DNA of 64,000 nt. Origin: Leucoraja ocellata (Eukaryota). Within the stretch, counting starts at the first letter, position 1. Every line of letters begins with the position of its first letter. The notes beneath the pieces were generated by a model. It made no database searches, was not told where the DNA came from, and was given only the letters and a program-made list of their open reading frames with translations. Shown here in pieces: positions 23,768 through 36,572 of the stretch. The stretch spans positions 1,240,001 to 1,304,000 of the forward strand of contig JAWMAR010000106.1 in the NCBI GenBank assembly GCA_036785375.1. The letters run 5' to 3'. The position numbers and the translations under genes were made by a program.

Positions 23768-25100
23768 GAGTTTATAGGGAACACAGAACTGGGATTGTAA
23801 GAAAGCGTGAGAAACAGGAGCTCCCAAAAGTATTTTAAGGGAGTGTGGGAATGTTGTCCCTGGAGGGGTTAAAGAGGGCGCGAGGAATGAGGCTGGATTT
23901 GAATAATATTGTATACCAGCTTCTCGTATAGTCTACGTAACATGCCTTTTACGGCACAGAAATTATGATAGAGGAGTATTGATGCTTTATGTGTCACCTG
24001 CTAAAATCTGTTGTGCATTTTGTATTCCAAATCTATGGAAAGTTGAACTGCTAACTATTACTAATGAACTACTATGTCTTGATAAGTATGGGTGTCAGAG
24101 ATTACGGGGTAATGAGGTTAGGAGGGAGAGATAGATCGGCCATGATTGACTTGATGGGCCGAATGGCCTAATTCTGCTCTTATCACATGATCTAATGATT
24201 ATCATGACATTGATTCATTAAAACCAGTGGTGATATGGCACAATCACCATGGGTCATTGCTGTAGGGCACAGGAAAACTCAGCTTTAATAAATTATTCAA
24301 ATGGCTTGTGGGTATCTGGGATATAAAACTTTATAAAATCTCCACTTCCACCGACATTCCTTCTCTAGCTTCACAATTCACACTTCAAACTTATTGACTT
24401 TTACTTTCTGTCTTTCCACCTCTGCCCTTTGTCCCACCATCTATCTGTCTATCAAATAACTCTCCACAGCTTTGTTCGCCTATTACCTGCCAGGGTTTGT
24501 CCTGCCCTTCTCTCTCTGGAAGCTTTCTTTCCCCCCCCCCCCCCACCTCCACAATCAGTCTGAAGAAGGGTCCCGACCCAAAATATCACCTATCCATGGA
24601 TAGACACAAAGTGCTGGAGTAACTCAGCGGGTCAGGCGGCATCTTTGGAGAACATGGATTGGTGATGTTTTTGGTCCGGACCTTTCTTCAGATTCGAGGT
24701 GCTGCCTGACCTGCTGAATTACTCCAGCACTTTGTATCAATTTTAAACTATCATCTGCAGTTCTTTGTTCTACCTGTGATGTCACCTGTCCATGTTCTCC
24801 AGAACTGCTGTGTGATCCGCTGAGTTACTTCCACACTTTGCATCTCCTGCTGTAAACCAGCATCTGCCGTTTCCTTGTTTTCTACATAAACATGTTTTTG
24901 CCAGTTTCAAGGCTCTCATTAAAGCTTCTGGGAATTCAGGGTTGGTCAGGCAACGTCCCTGGAGAGAGAAGTCCAGTCATGGTTTCATCAGATCTGGAAA
25001 TGTCAGAGTTGTACAGGGTTCGTGCAATAGAGGAACACAAGCATGAACCTAGGGAACGGTCTGTACTTCAGCAACAGGCAGCTGAGGTTAGATAATGAAA

Positions 25101-25336
25101 GAACTGGCCTCAACTACTCTCTGGAACTCTCTGCCACAGAGGGTAGTTGAGGCCAGTTCATTGGCTATATTTAAGAGGGAGTTAGATGTGGCCCTTGTGG
25201 CCAAGGGGATCAGAGGGTATGGAGAGAAGGCAGGTACGGGATACTGAGTTGGATGATCAGCCATGATCATATTAAATGGCGGTGCAGGCTCGAAGGGCCG
25301 AATGGCCTACTCCTGCACCTAATTTCTATGTTTCTA
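25101..25336 (+). mobile_element. Young CR1 3' end (same subfamily as 54133-54903)
   Basis: Near-identical to 54678-54895 with tail TTTCTATGTTTCTA. Confidence 0.9.
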
Positions 25337-26090
25337 ACAGCTGTTGCCAGGATGGAGGCTAGGAATGGGACAAGAACCAAAGTTGGTGAAAATAGGAATA
25401 ACAGGATCAATACCAATAGATCAGAGAATTTGGAACAGGAGTGAGTGAGATACGTTCACAGTAACATTGACTATCGGGTTAAAGTTCTACAAAGTAGTCA
25501 CCCAGTTATTGTTCCCTTTGCTCTACCCTCTATACATCCTCTACAGGCAAAGCATAGCTCCAATGTTATCTATACATTTGCCACTGAATATTAGGTGTTA
25601 AAGAGGAGTGTTACCTGCACATGTTGATCTGGGGGGCAGTTGTACCCTCTGCACAATAACCAGGGACAGAGACTTGGTCTATGAATGTGTGCGGAGAAAT
25701 GATTATACAGGAGCAAGTAACCTGACCAGGTTACTGTACAACAGTAAGTGGTGAGAGAGCAGTAATAAGACAAAATCATGTAATAGCTAGAAACGCTGTG
25801 TACTATCACACCCTATGCCCTCTTTTGCTGCTACCACAGGCAGGCAGTACTGAAGCCCAAACACCCACACCACCAGCGACAGGAACAGCTTCTTTCCTAC
25901 AGCGAGCAGGTTCTTAAACCATCCTGTACAACCCTAATCCTAGCTTAGCAACAGAACCCTACAGACATCTTGTTTTACAATTGTGGTTTGCATAGCCAGT
26001 AGTTCTGCTATAAGGCTTGTTTCCAGACTGGGAATTAGATATAATGTGATTAATGAATCAGGGAGCACTATTCCAGAAGGGTCGCAACCT

Positions 26091-26612
26091 GAAATATCAC
26101 CTATCCATGTTCTCCACAGATGCTGTCTGACTCACTGAGTTACTCCAGCACTCTGTGAAATGTCACTTATCCATGTTCTCCACAGATGCTGCCTGACCCG
26201 CTGAGTTACTCCAGCACTCTGTGAAACGTCACCTATCCATATTCTCCAGAGATGTTGCCTGACCCGCTGAGTTACTCCAGCGCTCTGTGAAACGTCACCT
26301 ATCCATGTTCTCCACAGATGCTGCCTGACCCACTGAGTTACTCCAGCACTCTGTGAAACGTCACCTATCCATGTTCTCCACAGATGCTGCCTGACCCGCT
26401 GAGTTACTCCAGCACTCTGTGAAACGTCACCTATCCATTTTCTCCACAGATGCTGCCTGACCCGCTGAGTTACTCCAGCACTCTGTGAAACGTCACCTAT
26501 CCATGTTCTCCACAGATGCTGCCTGCCCCGCTGAGTTACTCCAGCACTCTGTGAAACGTCACCTATCCATGTTCTCCACAGATGCTGCCTGACCCGCTGA
26601 GTTACTCCAGCA
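26091..26612 (+). repeat. 66-bp minisatellite x8 derived from the Penelope-type pLTR
   Basis: Unit GAAACGTCACCTATCCATGTTCTCCACAGATGCTGCCTGACCCGCTGAGTTACTCCAGCACTCTGT starting every 66 bp from 26091. Confidence 0.95.
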
Positions 26613-28736
26613 TTTTGTGCTCTTTATGTAAACCAGCAACTGCAGTTGCTTGTTTTTACTATTGGGCATTACCCGGGCCGAATTGGCTGTAACAGTTTGG
26701 TGCAGGGATAGAACGGGTTTGGAGGAATATGGTCCAAGCGCAGGCAGGTGGGACTAGTGTAGCTGGGACATTGTTGGCCGCTGTGGGCAAGTTGGGCCGA
26801 AGGGCCTGTTTCCACACTGTATGCCTCTATGCTTCTCTATAACACAATTTAGATTGGGAACTAGAGAACAACATAAAAGTTACTTTGGAAATTGACAAGC
26901 AGGAAAAACAGTCTAAGGCACAAAGACTTCCACGTAATCTCACATTAGTCCCTTAAGAACACAAACTATCAGCTTCACGACATCCAGCCATTAACATTGA
27001 TAAGCAATGTCTTCTGTTGACACTTGTTCAATGATACTCTTATTAAACAATGTAACATATGGACTTTAGTCATTTTAGTGTGCTGCAATAAAGATAAACT
27101 TAAAGCTATTAAAATGTCCTTTTTAAAAAAAAATTCTACAGGGGGAAAAAAAAATTGCGAGTATGAAAGTCTCTGAAATAACCCCCTTTTTGAAATGAAC
27201 ACAATTATTAATATTTATTCGGAAGGCAATTACATTTTAGTAGAGTATAGCCACTGTCAGTCTGAAGAAGGGTCTCGACCTGAAACGTTATCTATTCCTT
27301 TTTCTCCAGAGATGCTATCTGACCTGCTGAGTTACTCCAGCACTTTGTGTCTATCTTCAGTGTAAACCAGCATCTGCAGTTCCTTCCTACACATTATAGT
27401 AGAGCTACCTGCAACGTCTTCTTTTAGGCACAGTCTTTTTGTTTTCATTGTTGCAAAATTGGTGTGTAATTAATGTATTTGTGTGTTGTCCATGTCTGTC
27501 TTTGTGATGCTCCTGGAAGAAAGATTTTCATTGCACCTGTAATCACGGCATTTGTGCACATCAAAAGCTTGGCTTAAGTTGTGACTGGAATCCATAAGGC
27601 TACGTGCCTGTCAAATGTCTGAGTGAGAGACAGAGTTGTGACTGGAGAAGGAGTAGAGAGATGAAAGATGAAATTGTTAAACATCATGTGGATACTAGAT
27701 TCTGCTGGAAGAGTTGGAGTAGCCAGAGTCAATGCATAATGTTGAGGGTAATACTTCGGGGCATGTTGGGTGAGCTTCATGGACACTGGCATGGGGCTGA
27801 ACCTGTTGCTGAACGGCTCTCTTGAATTATTGATGGTATACTTAGTCACCGTGTGGAGCAATTATATTACAACTGAAACCAGGCTGGGACCAACACCCTT
27901 GTGAATCAGTAGGTTGGGTTGGGGACAGGACATTGAACTTAAAATAAAAGGAGTTGTAAGCAGGTTAGTTGAAGCCATTGTTTTTTTTGTTCTCTTTGAA
28001 TATAACTAAGTTTAAATAAAATCATTCGTGGAATCTAGATTGGCCTTTATTGTCCATCTTCTTGGGAAGTAGTTGTAAATGACCTTCTTAACTCTGTGAT
28101 CCTACTTGTGAAGGTATTCACACTGTGCAATTGGGGAGGATATCCCAAGATATATTTTAGATGGAGATTTGATGCATTTCTAAGTCACTGTTGTCTGTAA
28201 GTAGGGGGAACCTTCAAGTGGTGGTGTTCTCTTGCCAGAGAATCAATTTAAATGCAAAATATGCAGATGCTGGAAATCTGATGTAAGACAGAAACCGTGG
28301 GGAAATACTCAGCAGGTCCGGCAGCATCAATGGTGAGAGAAATGGGGTTAACTTCTCATGGATCCTGTGCTTTCTATATCAGTGATCAGGGTGTTTGCTC
28401 AGTAACTTGCTGTAAGCTACTGTGAATGAAGATGCATAAACCGCTGGCGTAATTGCTATTGAGGTGACTGAATACTGAAATACGTGGAGAGGATGTTTCC
28501 ACTAGTGGGAGAGTCTAGGTGATAGCCTCAGAATTAAAGGACGTTCTTTTAAGAAGGAGATGAGGAGGAATTTCTTTAGTCAGAGGGTGGTGAATTGGTG
28601 GAATTCTTTGCCACAGACGGCTGTGGAGGCCAAGTCAGTGGATATATTTGAGGCAGAGAGAGATATATTTTTGATTAGTACGGATGTCAGAGGTTTTGGG
28701 GAGAAGGCAGGAGAATGGGGTTAGGAAGTAGATATA

Positions 28737-28938
28737 CAGTGGCTTGCAAAAGTGTTCATACCCCTTGAACTTTTCCACATTTGAAAACCATGTATAATTT
28801 TCCTTTGACTTTAAAATTATGCACCACTTTGTGTTGGTCTATCACATAAAATCCCAATAAAATACATTTACGTTTGTGGTTGTAACGTGACAAGATGTGG
28901 AAAAGTTCAAGGGGTATGAATACTTTTGCAAGCCACTG
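28737..28938. mobile_element. Tc1-family MITE / internally deleted Tc1 nested in a CR1 3' UTR
   Basis: TA|CAGTGGCTTGCAAAAGTGTTCATACCCCTTGAACTTTTCCACAT ... ATGTGGAAAAGTTCAAGGGGTATGAATACTTTTGCAAGCCACTG|TA. The CR1 sequence resumes on both sides. Confidence 0.93.
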
Positions 28939-29354
28939 TAGATCAGCCATGATTGAATGGCAGAGTAGACTTGGTGGGCCGAATGGCCTAATTCTTCTCC
29001 TATCACATATGATCTTATGATAGGGTGTCGTAGAGTTGTACAGCGTGGAAACAGGTCCCTTGCCCGTGCCGTCTAATGTATTTTGTTCTGAGTGAAAGAC
29101 AGACACAAAATGCTGGAGTAATTCAGCTGGTCAGCAATAGGTGATGTTTCGGATCGAGACTCTTCTTCAGGGTCTGATGGAGGGTCTCGACCCAAAACGT
29201 CACCTATTTCTTTTTCTCCAGAAATGCCGTTTGACCCACACAGTTACTCCAGCTTTTTGTGTTGTTCTTTGGTGTAGACCAGCATCTGCAGTTCCTTCCT
29301 ACACATTTAGTCCTGAGCCACGTTGTAACTCTCTGCTTTGTTTCTTTGTTCCAG

Positions 29355-29392
29355 ACGCATTGAAGGAACCGGACGGCTGCGTGGGCTCTGAG
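29355..29392 (+). CDS. PNPLA7: PNPLA7 38-nt coding micro-exon (predicted)
   Basis: tttctttgttccag| (D)ALKEPDGCVGSE |gtactt. Phase 1 to 0, exactly bridging exon 1 and the 75-nt exon. Confidence 0.6.
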
Positions 29393-29858
29393 GTACTTTG
29401 TCCGTTTCTCTATACATCGGCCATGGACGTCAGTACTGCCAAGTCCAGGGTATTGGTCAAGCTCTTGGTGCATACATGGTGATGGGATTGGTGTGAGATG
29501 TAAAATGGTATCAGATTGTGCACGGTGCAGTAGGAGGCGGACTAAGCCATCGGAATATAAAATAGAACATGGTCTATTCTGACTCTCACAATTTTATTAG
29601 TTCAATCAGATTTCATGAAGTGCGATTTTTGTTGGCTGTTGTATGGGCCTTTCTCATATGGTAAACGCAACTTAACTGTCAGGTCAAGGTGTAGCCATGC
29701 AACTGGTACCATGCAGTCCAGTTCAACATGTGGGACATGCTCATCCCCATGGAGAGTCTGCTTTGGCGGACCAGGTGGAAGAGATCTTTATCAACCAACG
29801 GCTGGAAAGGCGATGCAGCAACGCACTGTGGAATGCCAAGGGCTAATCAGAGCACTAA

Positions 29859-30165
29859 TTGGCCTGTCCCACATGCAACATTTCCGGCGATTGCCAGCAC
29901 CCGTCATATGTCGCCGAAAATGTTCAACTTGTTGAACATTCAGCGGCGACCAGAAAGACACTACCTCTCTTTGGGCGACTGAGGAGACTACTCACGACCA
30001 TACAGGTGACACCCTGGCGACATGTCATGAGTAGCCGCCCAAAGAGTCGTACCTTGTTCTGGTTGCCGCTGGATTTTCAACATGTTGGAAATTTTCGGAG
30101 CCCTGCCGCGACTATGACGGGTGCTGGCAAGTCGCCGAAAAAATCGTGTAAGTGGGACAGGCCCT
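29859..30165. mobile_element. PIF/Harbinger-type palindromic MITE
   Basis: Termini GGCCTGTCCCAC / GTGGGACAGGCC, long imperfect internal inverted symmetry, and TAA on both sides (29856-29858, 30166-30168). Confidence 0.85.
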
Positions 30166-30766
30166 TAAAGATGACATGGCCATCCACTGCAGCCAAGGAG
30201 TCTCCAGACGTGATGATTTTTCATACCACTGTACTCTGACTTCTGCAGGCAAAAGAGTGGGGTTGTTACAGTGCAACAGCTTCTCCACATTAAACTCATT
30301 CACGAGTGGGTTTTTGTGCCGCCCTCTTCTCTAGACTCGTGAGCCATGTCAGAACTCACCAGAATTGAGACTGCACAACCACCATCGACGGCACCGACGG
30401 GCAACCACCAAACCCACCTTGATAGTGTGAAACATTCATCTGATTTCCGTCTCTCTGGATGTTGCCTCGCCTCTTGAATACTTCCATTATTCTCCCTTTT
30501 ACTTTGATTTCCAACGTTACAGTTTTTGCTGGGTAGGCAAGTGTTTTTATGAGAACAGGAGACTTAATAAAGAGAGTTTTATAGAGGAAGGTCATTTCCT
30601 TTAGTGAAAAACAAAGGACCTTGGGTATAAAGTAATTGGTAGAAAGACTAGAGGGAGAGATGGTAGAAATGTCATTCAGTTGACAGAGGTTGTGGTTCTT
30701 GCTGCTTGAAAGGGCGGAGAATGCAAAAAGCTATGTATTTGGACATTGGCATGGGTTATTTGGAGA

Positions 30767-31075
30767 GGTGGTACGGTGGCACAGCGGTAGAGTGGCTGCC
30801 TTACAGCACCAGGGATCCATGTTCAATCCCGACTATGGGTGCATGTTTGTACGGAGTTTGTACGTTCTCCCCATAACCTGTGGGATTTTTCCGGGTGCTC
30901 CGGTTTCCTCCCACACTCCACAGACGTACAGATTTGTAGGTTAATTGGCTCAGAATAAATGTAAATTGTTCCTAGTGTGTGTAGGATAATGTTAGTGTAC
31001 GGGGATCACTGGTCGGCGTGGACTCGGTGGGCCGAAGGGCCTGTTTCCACTTTGTATCTCTAAACTAAACTAAAC
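30767..31075 (+). mobile_element. HE1/V-SINE-type SINE
   Basis: tRNA-like head, V-domain CCGGGTGCTCCGGTTTCCTCCCAC and tail GGGCCTGTTTCC...(CTAAA)n. Confidence 0.88.
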
Positions 31076-31723
31076 CTGTGTACTACAGGGCTATGGGTCC
31101 AACGCTGGAACGGGGGATTTTCCAGCTACACAGGCAGCCAATTATTTTGTTACTCTTAATTATCTGAATTTCTTCACGTTTAGAATTGTCAGAGATGCTT
31201 CAGAAGTTAATGTCCGTGTTACCATGGTGTAGAGTTTGGAGTAGGGGAAATTGTAGTCCTGAGTTTTGAGAAAAGTTTTCAGTTTCTGCAGTGGGTCATT
31301 GAGTGCTCCCCTGTTTTCATTCAGTGGTTTGATAGTTCATCACTTGGGCTATATAAAGGTTTTATGGTATTACTCAATGTAAATGGTTTGTAAATGCATG
31401 CTTTTGATGTTGATCCCAATGCACCCCAAATTAATGATAACAGGACCAACGTAAAGAATCTGCAAACAAAAAGAAGACAAAATAATTTAGAGCGTTCAGT
31501 GGGATATGGAGCAAATGCAGGCAAATGGACCTGGAATAGTTGAGGCATTTTGATCAGCATGACCAATTTGGGCTGAAGGGCCTAGTTTTGGATGACTACT
31601 ACTGCCGAGCCGTACGAAACAGAATTTATAGATTACACCATGCTCTCCTACTCAATTATTGTTAGACTTTGGAGTTAATAAAACACCTTTTTAAAGTGAG
31701 TATTTTCACATTAATTGCCACAG

Positions 31724-31798
31724 GTTGGGATACCAATTAGTGGGGACCTTCCTGCATTAGTCCAGCAGTTTGTGGAAGACAAACTCCAAACCACCATG
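31724..31798 (+). CDS. PNPLA7: PNPLA7 75-nt symmetric exon
   Basis: cacag| VGIPISGDLPALVQQFVEDKLQTTM |gtacgt. 25 codons ending TM, like the human pre-TM segment ...SPSTM. Confidence 0.8.
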
Positions 31799-33334
31799 GT
31801 ACGTATGTATAATCACCTGATCGATGGGGAGGGTGATGAACTTTACTGTTTTTGCATTTGTTGGGGTCTAGCTGCACAAAAGAGTGCTACACATAGAGTG
31901 ATACAGCACGGAAACAGGCCCTTCTGCCCAACTTGCCCATGCCGACCAACATGCCCCATCTACACTAGTCTCACCTGCCTGTGTTTGGCTCGTATCCTTC
32001 TAAACCTATCCTATCCATGTACTTGTCTCCTAAATGTTTTTAAACATAAAGGTAGTACCTGTCTCAACTTCCTTCTCTGGCAACTCGTTCCATACACCCA
32101 CCACCCTTTGTGTAAAGACAAAAGTTGTCCTTCGGCTTCCGATTAAATCTCCCCTCGCCTTAAACCTGTTTCCTCTGGTTCTAGATTCCCTTATAATGGG
32201 TAAAAGATTCTGTGCGTTTACCCGATCTATTCCTCTCATGTTTATTTATACAATAGAATGTTCATTCGTAAGGCTGTTCCATAATGTTCACGTGACTGGG
32301 TAGAATGCCAACCCATGATTTAATTGCGACGTGTAGATTTACAACGATACTAGGTACAGTGAAATACTTTGTTTTGCATACAACCCAGTATCCCTCAACT
32401 AGGCCGTACACAAGACAAAGATACAAAAGCTCACCTAACAGTCCTATCTATAGGTAGACACAAAGTGCTGGAGTAACTCAGCGGGACAGGCAGCATCTCT
32501 GGAGAGAAGGAATGGGTGACCCTTCTTCAGACTTCAGTCCTATCTATAGCCCTTGCTTTCATGTTCAGGCACTGTTGCCATCTACACTAATACCATCTAC
32601 TTGAATTACTTCCGTAATGAGTGCCAATTGTCACTTGTCAATTGAGTGGAGTTCTAGACACTCGAACTGTACCCATTGACCCACAGGCATGCTTTACAAT
32701 AGTGTGCACCTAGACAAAGTTCAAAGTTGGCATGGATCAGACAAAAATCGCAATGATAGTAATACCAATTTTTGAATTCATCCTCTGACATTAAGAAAAT
32801 AATTGCAAAGTCACGTGGGCAGCTTACAACCCAACGGTATGAATATTGATTTCTCTAACTTCAAGTAACCCCTTGCATTCCATCTCTCTCCATCCCTCCC
32901 CCACCTTAGCCCTCCTAGTTTCACTGTAATCCTGTTGAGTTTCACTGTTCACTGTATCCACTCTGTATCACCTTCTCTGCAGCAACCATTATGGGCTCTG
33001 CCTTTCCTTGATCATCGTGGCTGGCTTTGATTTGTTCTTTTCATCACTTTCATTTGTTCTATGCACCTCTTCATATCTCTAGTTTCCCTCTCCCCTGATT
33101 CTCAGTCTGAAGAAGGTTTTCGCCCCAAAAGTCACCTATTCTTTTCCTCCAGATATTCTGCCTGACCCGCTGAGCTACTCCAGCATTTTGTGTCTAGCTT
33201 TAAATGCAAAGTATTACTTGACTGCTGTCGAAGTGATTGGCCTTCAAATTCTGCTTTGAGGGAATGGGGAGGAATTGGTCAGGGAGGAGGGAGAAAATGT
33301 TTGAAGAACAAAGTGAAGTTACAGTACAGTAAAT

Positions 33335-34490
33335 AAATAGACAATAGGTGCAGGAAGGAGTAGGCCATTCAGCTCTTTGAGCCAGCACCGCCATTCACTG
33401 TGATCGTGGCCGATCATCCACACACAGTACCCTGTTCCTGCCTTCTCCCCATATCCCTTGACTCCGCTATCTTTAAGAGCTCCATCCAACTGAGATGAGA
33501 ACCATAAAACCGAGATGAGAAGAACTTTTTTCACACAGAGTGGTGAATCTCTGGAACTCTCTGCCACAGAGGGTAGTTGAGGCCAGTTCATTGGCTATAT
33601 TTAAGAGGGAGTTAGATGTGGCCCTTGTGGCTAAGGAGATCAGGGGGTATGGAGAGAAGGCGGGTACGGGATACTGAGTTGGATGATCAGCCATGATCAT
33701 ATTGAATCGCGGTACAGGCTTGAAGGGCTGAATGGCCTACTCCTGCACCTAATTTCTATGTTTCTATGTTTCTACGTTTCTAACTCTCTTGAAAGCATCC
33801 AGAGAATTGGCCTCCACTGCCTTCTGAGGCAGAGAATTCCACAGATTCACAACCTTCTGTGTGAAAAAGTTTTTCCTCATCTCTGTTCTAAATGGCTTAC
33901 CCCTTACTCTTAAACTGTGGCCTCTGGTTCTGGACTCCCCCAACATCAGGAACATCTTCCCTGCCTCTAGCGTGTCCAAACCCTTAATCATCTTATATGT
34001 TTCAATAAGAAAACCTCCCATCCTTCTAAATTCCAGAGTATACAAGCCGAGCTGCTCCATTCTATCAACATATGACAGTCCCGCCATCCCGTGAACTAAC
34101 CTCGTAAACCTACGCTACATTCCCTCAATAGCAACAATGCCCTTCCTCAAATTTGGAGATCAAAACTGCACACAATACTCCAGGTGTGGTCTCACCATGT
34201 ACAACTGCAGAAGGACCTCTTTGCTCCTATACTTGACTCCTCTTGTTATAAAGGCCAACATGCCATTCGCTTTCTTCACTGCCTGCTGTACCTACATGCT
34301 TACTTTCAGTGACTGATGAACAAGGACCCCCAGATCTTGTTGTACTTCCCCTTTTCCTAACTTGACACCATTCAGATAATAATCTGCCTTCCTGTTTTTG
34401 CCACCAAAGTGGGTAACCTCACGTTTATCCTCATTAAACTGCATCCGCCATGCATCTGCCCACTGAGCCAACCTATCCAAGTCACCCTGC
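33335..34490. mobile_element. Minus-strand CR1 (RT C-terminus to tail) split by a younger plus-strand CR1 3' end (about 33500-33775)
   Basis: Minus frames LAQWADAWRMQFNEDK and LGLYTLEFRR...FTQKVVNLWNSLP. The inserted piece is near-identical to 54630-54900. Confidence 0.88.
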
Positions 34491-34544
34491 AGATAGTTCT
34501 ACAGTCCACGTATATTAATATTATTCTTTGAATATTTCTTTCAG

Positions 34545-34632
34545 CTGACAGGAATGATGATTGGAGCACTTGTTGCCATTCTCATCGTTGTAATCATCGT
34601 ATTTTTCATCTTTAGAAGAATGAAGCAGTCCA
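34545..34632 (+). CDS. PNPLA7: PNPLA7 exon encoding the N-terminal transmembrane helix
   Basis: tttcag| LTGMMIGALVAILIVVIIVFFIFRRMKQS |gtaagt. Confidence 0.93.
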
Positions 34633-36572
34633 GTAAGTACACCAGAATGGTGAGCTAATTGACTCACGATGTACTAACATATCACTCGCCTCATCCCAGC
34701 TCCCTTCAAACTTCTAATTGTGTTTTCAATCGTGTTTTACAAGGATGTTGCCAGCTAGAGGGTCTGAGCTATAGGGAGAGGTTGAGTAGGCTGGGACACT
34801 ATTCCTTGCAGCGCAGGAGGGTGAGGGGTGATCTTATAGAGGTGTATAAAATTATGTGAGGAATAGATCTGGTAGACGCACAGAGTCTCTTGCCCAGAGT
34901 AGGCGAATCGAGGTGAGGGCGATAGATTTAATAGGAACCTGAGGGGTAACCTTTTCACACAAAGTGTGGCGGGTGTATAGAACAAGCTGCTGGAGGAAGT
35001 AGTTGAGGCAGCGTTTGAGAAGCAATTAGACAGGACCATGGATAGGACAGGTTTAGAGGGAATGTGTAGGAAGGAACTGCCAGTCTGAAGATGGGTCTCG
35101 ACCTGAATCGTCACCCATTCCTTCTATCCAGAGTTGCTGCCTATCCCGCTGAGTTACTCCAGCATTTTGTGACTAACTTCAGGTTTCGAGGGCTATGGTG
35201 CAAGATGGGACATGTTGGTCGGTGTGGGCAGGTTGGGCCAAAGGGCCTGTTTCCACGCTGTACGGCTCTGAGTAAAATTCCCTGAAATCAAACAACAGAT
35301 TTCCGTTGAGCCAGTAAACTTTTATAAATTTCCTTCCTTGCAGGTGACCGTTGCGATTCAATTCACTGTGTTTGCAGGCAGACCTACCACGTACCATCAT
35401 GTGATAGAGCTTCAGTAGTTAGACGATACGCATGCCTCGCCCCAACATGCTAGGGACTAGGAGTGTGCTCTGAGCCACGAACACCAAGCCCGCTTTGGCC
35501 AAGACCAATAAAGACCAGTGAGAAAGCCCTCCTCCAATGTCTAGGTGTTATTTCTTTATCGCAGTGTACAATAAGAGCCCAGGCTTGGAAATCACTCCTC
35601 TTTAAAGCTAGTGGAGGAAAGAACTGCAGGTGCTGGTTTATGCCAGAGATACAGACAAAATGGCGGAGTAGGTCAGCCATCATCTCTGGCGAAAATAGGG
35701 TGGCATGGTAGCGCAGCGGCACAGAACCGGGTTTGATCCTGACTACGGGTGCTGTCTGTACGGAGTTTGCATGTTCTCCCCGTGACCGCGTGGGTTTTCT
35801 CCGTGTGTTCCGGTTTCCTCCCACACTCCAAAGACGTGCTGGTTTGTAGGTTAATTGGCTTTGCTAAAACTGTAAATACTATGTATGTAGGATAACGTTA
35901 GTATGCAGGGATCGCTGATTGGCGCGGTATCTCTACACTAAACTAAACTTTAAAAAAATAATCGGTGCCGTTTCGGGTCGGAACCTTCCTTCAGCCTGGA
36001 AGTAGAGTTTGTCCAGAGATGCTGCCTGACCCGCTGAGTTACCCCAGCATTTTGTGTCTTTAAAGGTAGTCTGGTGAAAGAAAGGAGCCCCTGTTTGTGA
36101 AGAGCCAGTTCTTTTTGTTTTAACCCTTGATCTCGATGCCTTTATGTTGTTGGGGCATCTAGTTTTGAATCTTGGATAGAGCATTGTAGACTAAGGCTAT
36201 CCATAATTATTGGGACCATAGATCAGAGCGAGAAGGTAACTGAAAAATAATCACCCACCTCCTGGAACATCATTGTTCATAAGTGATAGGAACAGAATTT
36301 GGCCACTCGGCCCATCAAGTCTTCTCCATCATTCAATCATGGCTGATTTTTCTTTCCCTCTCAATCCCATTCTCCTGCCTTCTCCCCATAGCCCCTGACA
36401 TCTGTTCTAATCAGGAATCTATCTCTGCCTTTAATATACCCATTGACTTGGCCTCCACAGCCGTCTGTGCAATGAATTCCACAGATTCACCACCCTCTTG
36501 AGTAAAAATAAATTCCTCCTCATCTCCTTCATAAAGTTAGGGCAGTCTAGAGCTGCTAATAATCATTGCCTT

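Noticed and set aside
26091-26612. Regular repeat arrays (also 39975-40383 and 57228-57650) as possible CRISPR arrays
   Set aside because: Head-to-tail units with no unique spacers, no cas genes, and a vertebrate intron context.
30767-30840. tRNA-like sequences at SINE heads
   Set aside because: They have A/B boxes but continue into the V-domain and LINE tail, with no complete cloverleaf, so they are SINEs rather than tRNA genes.
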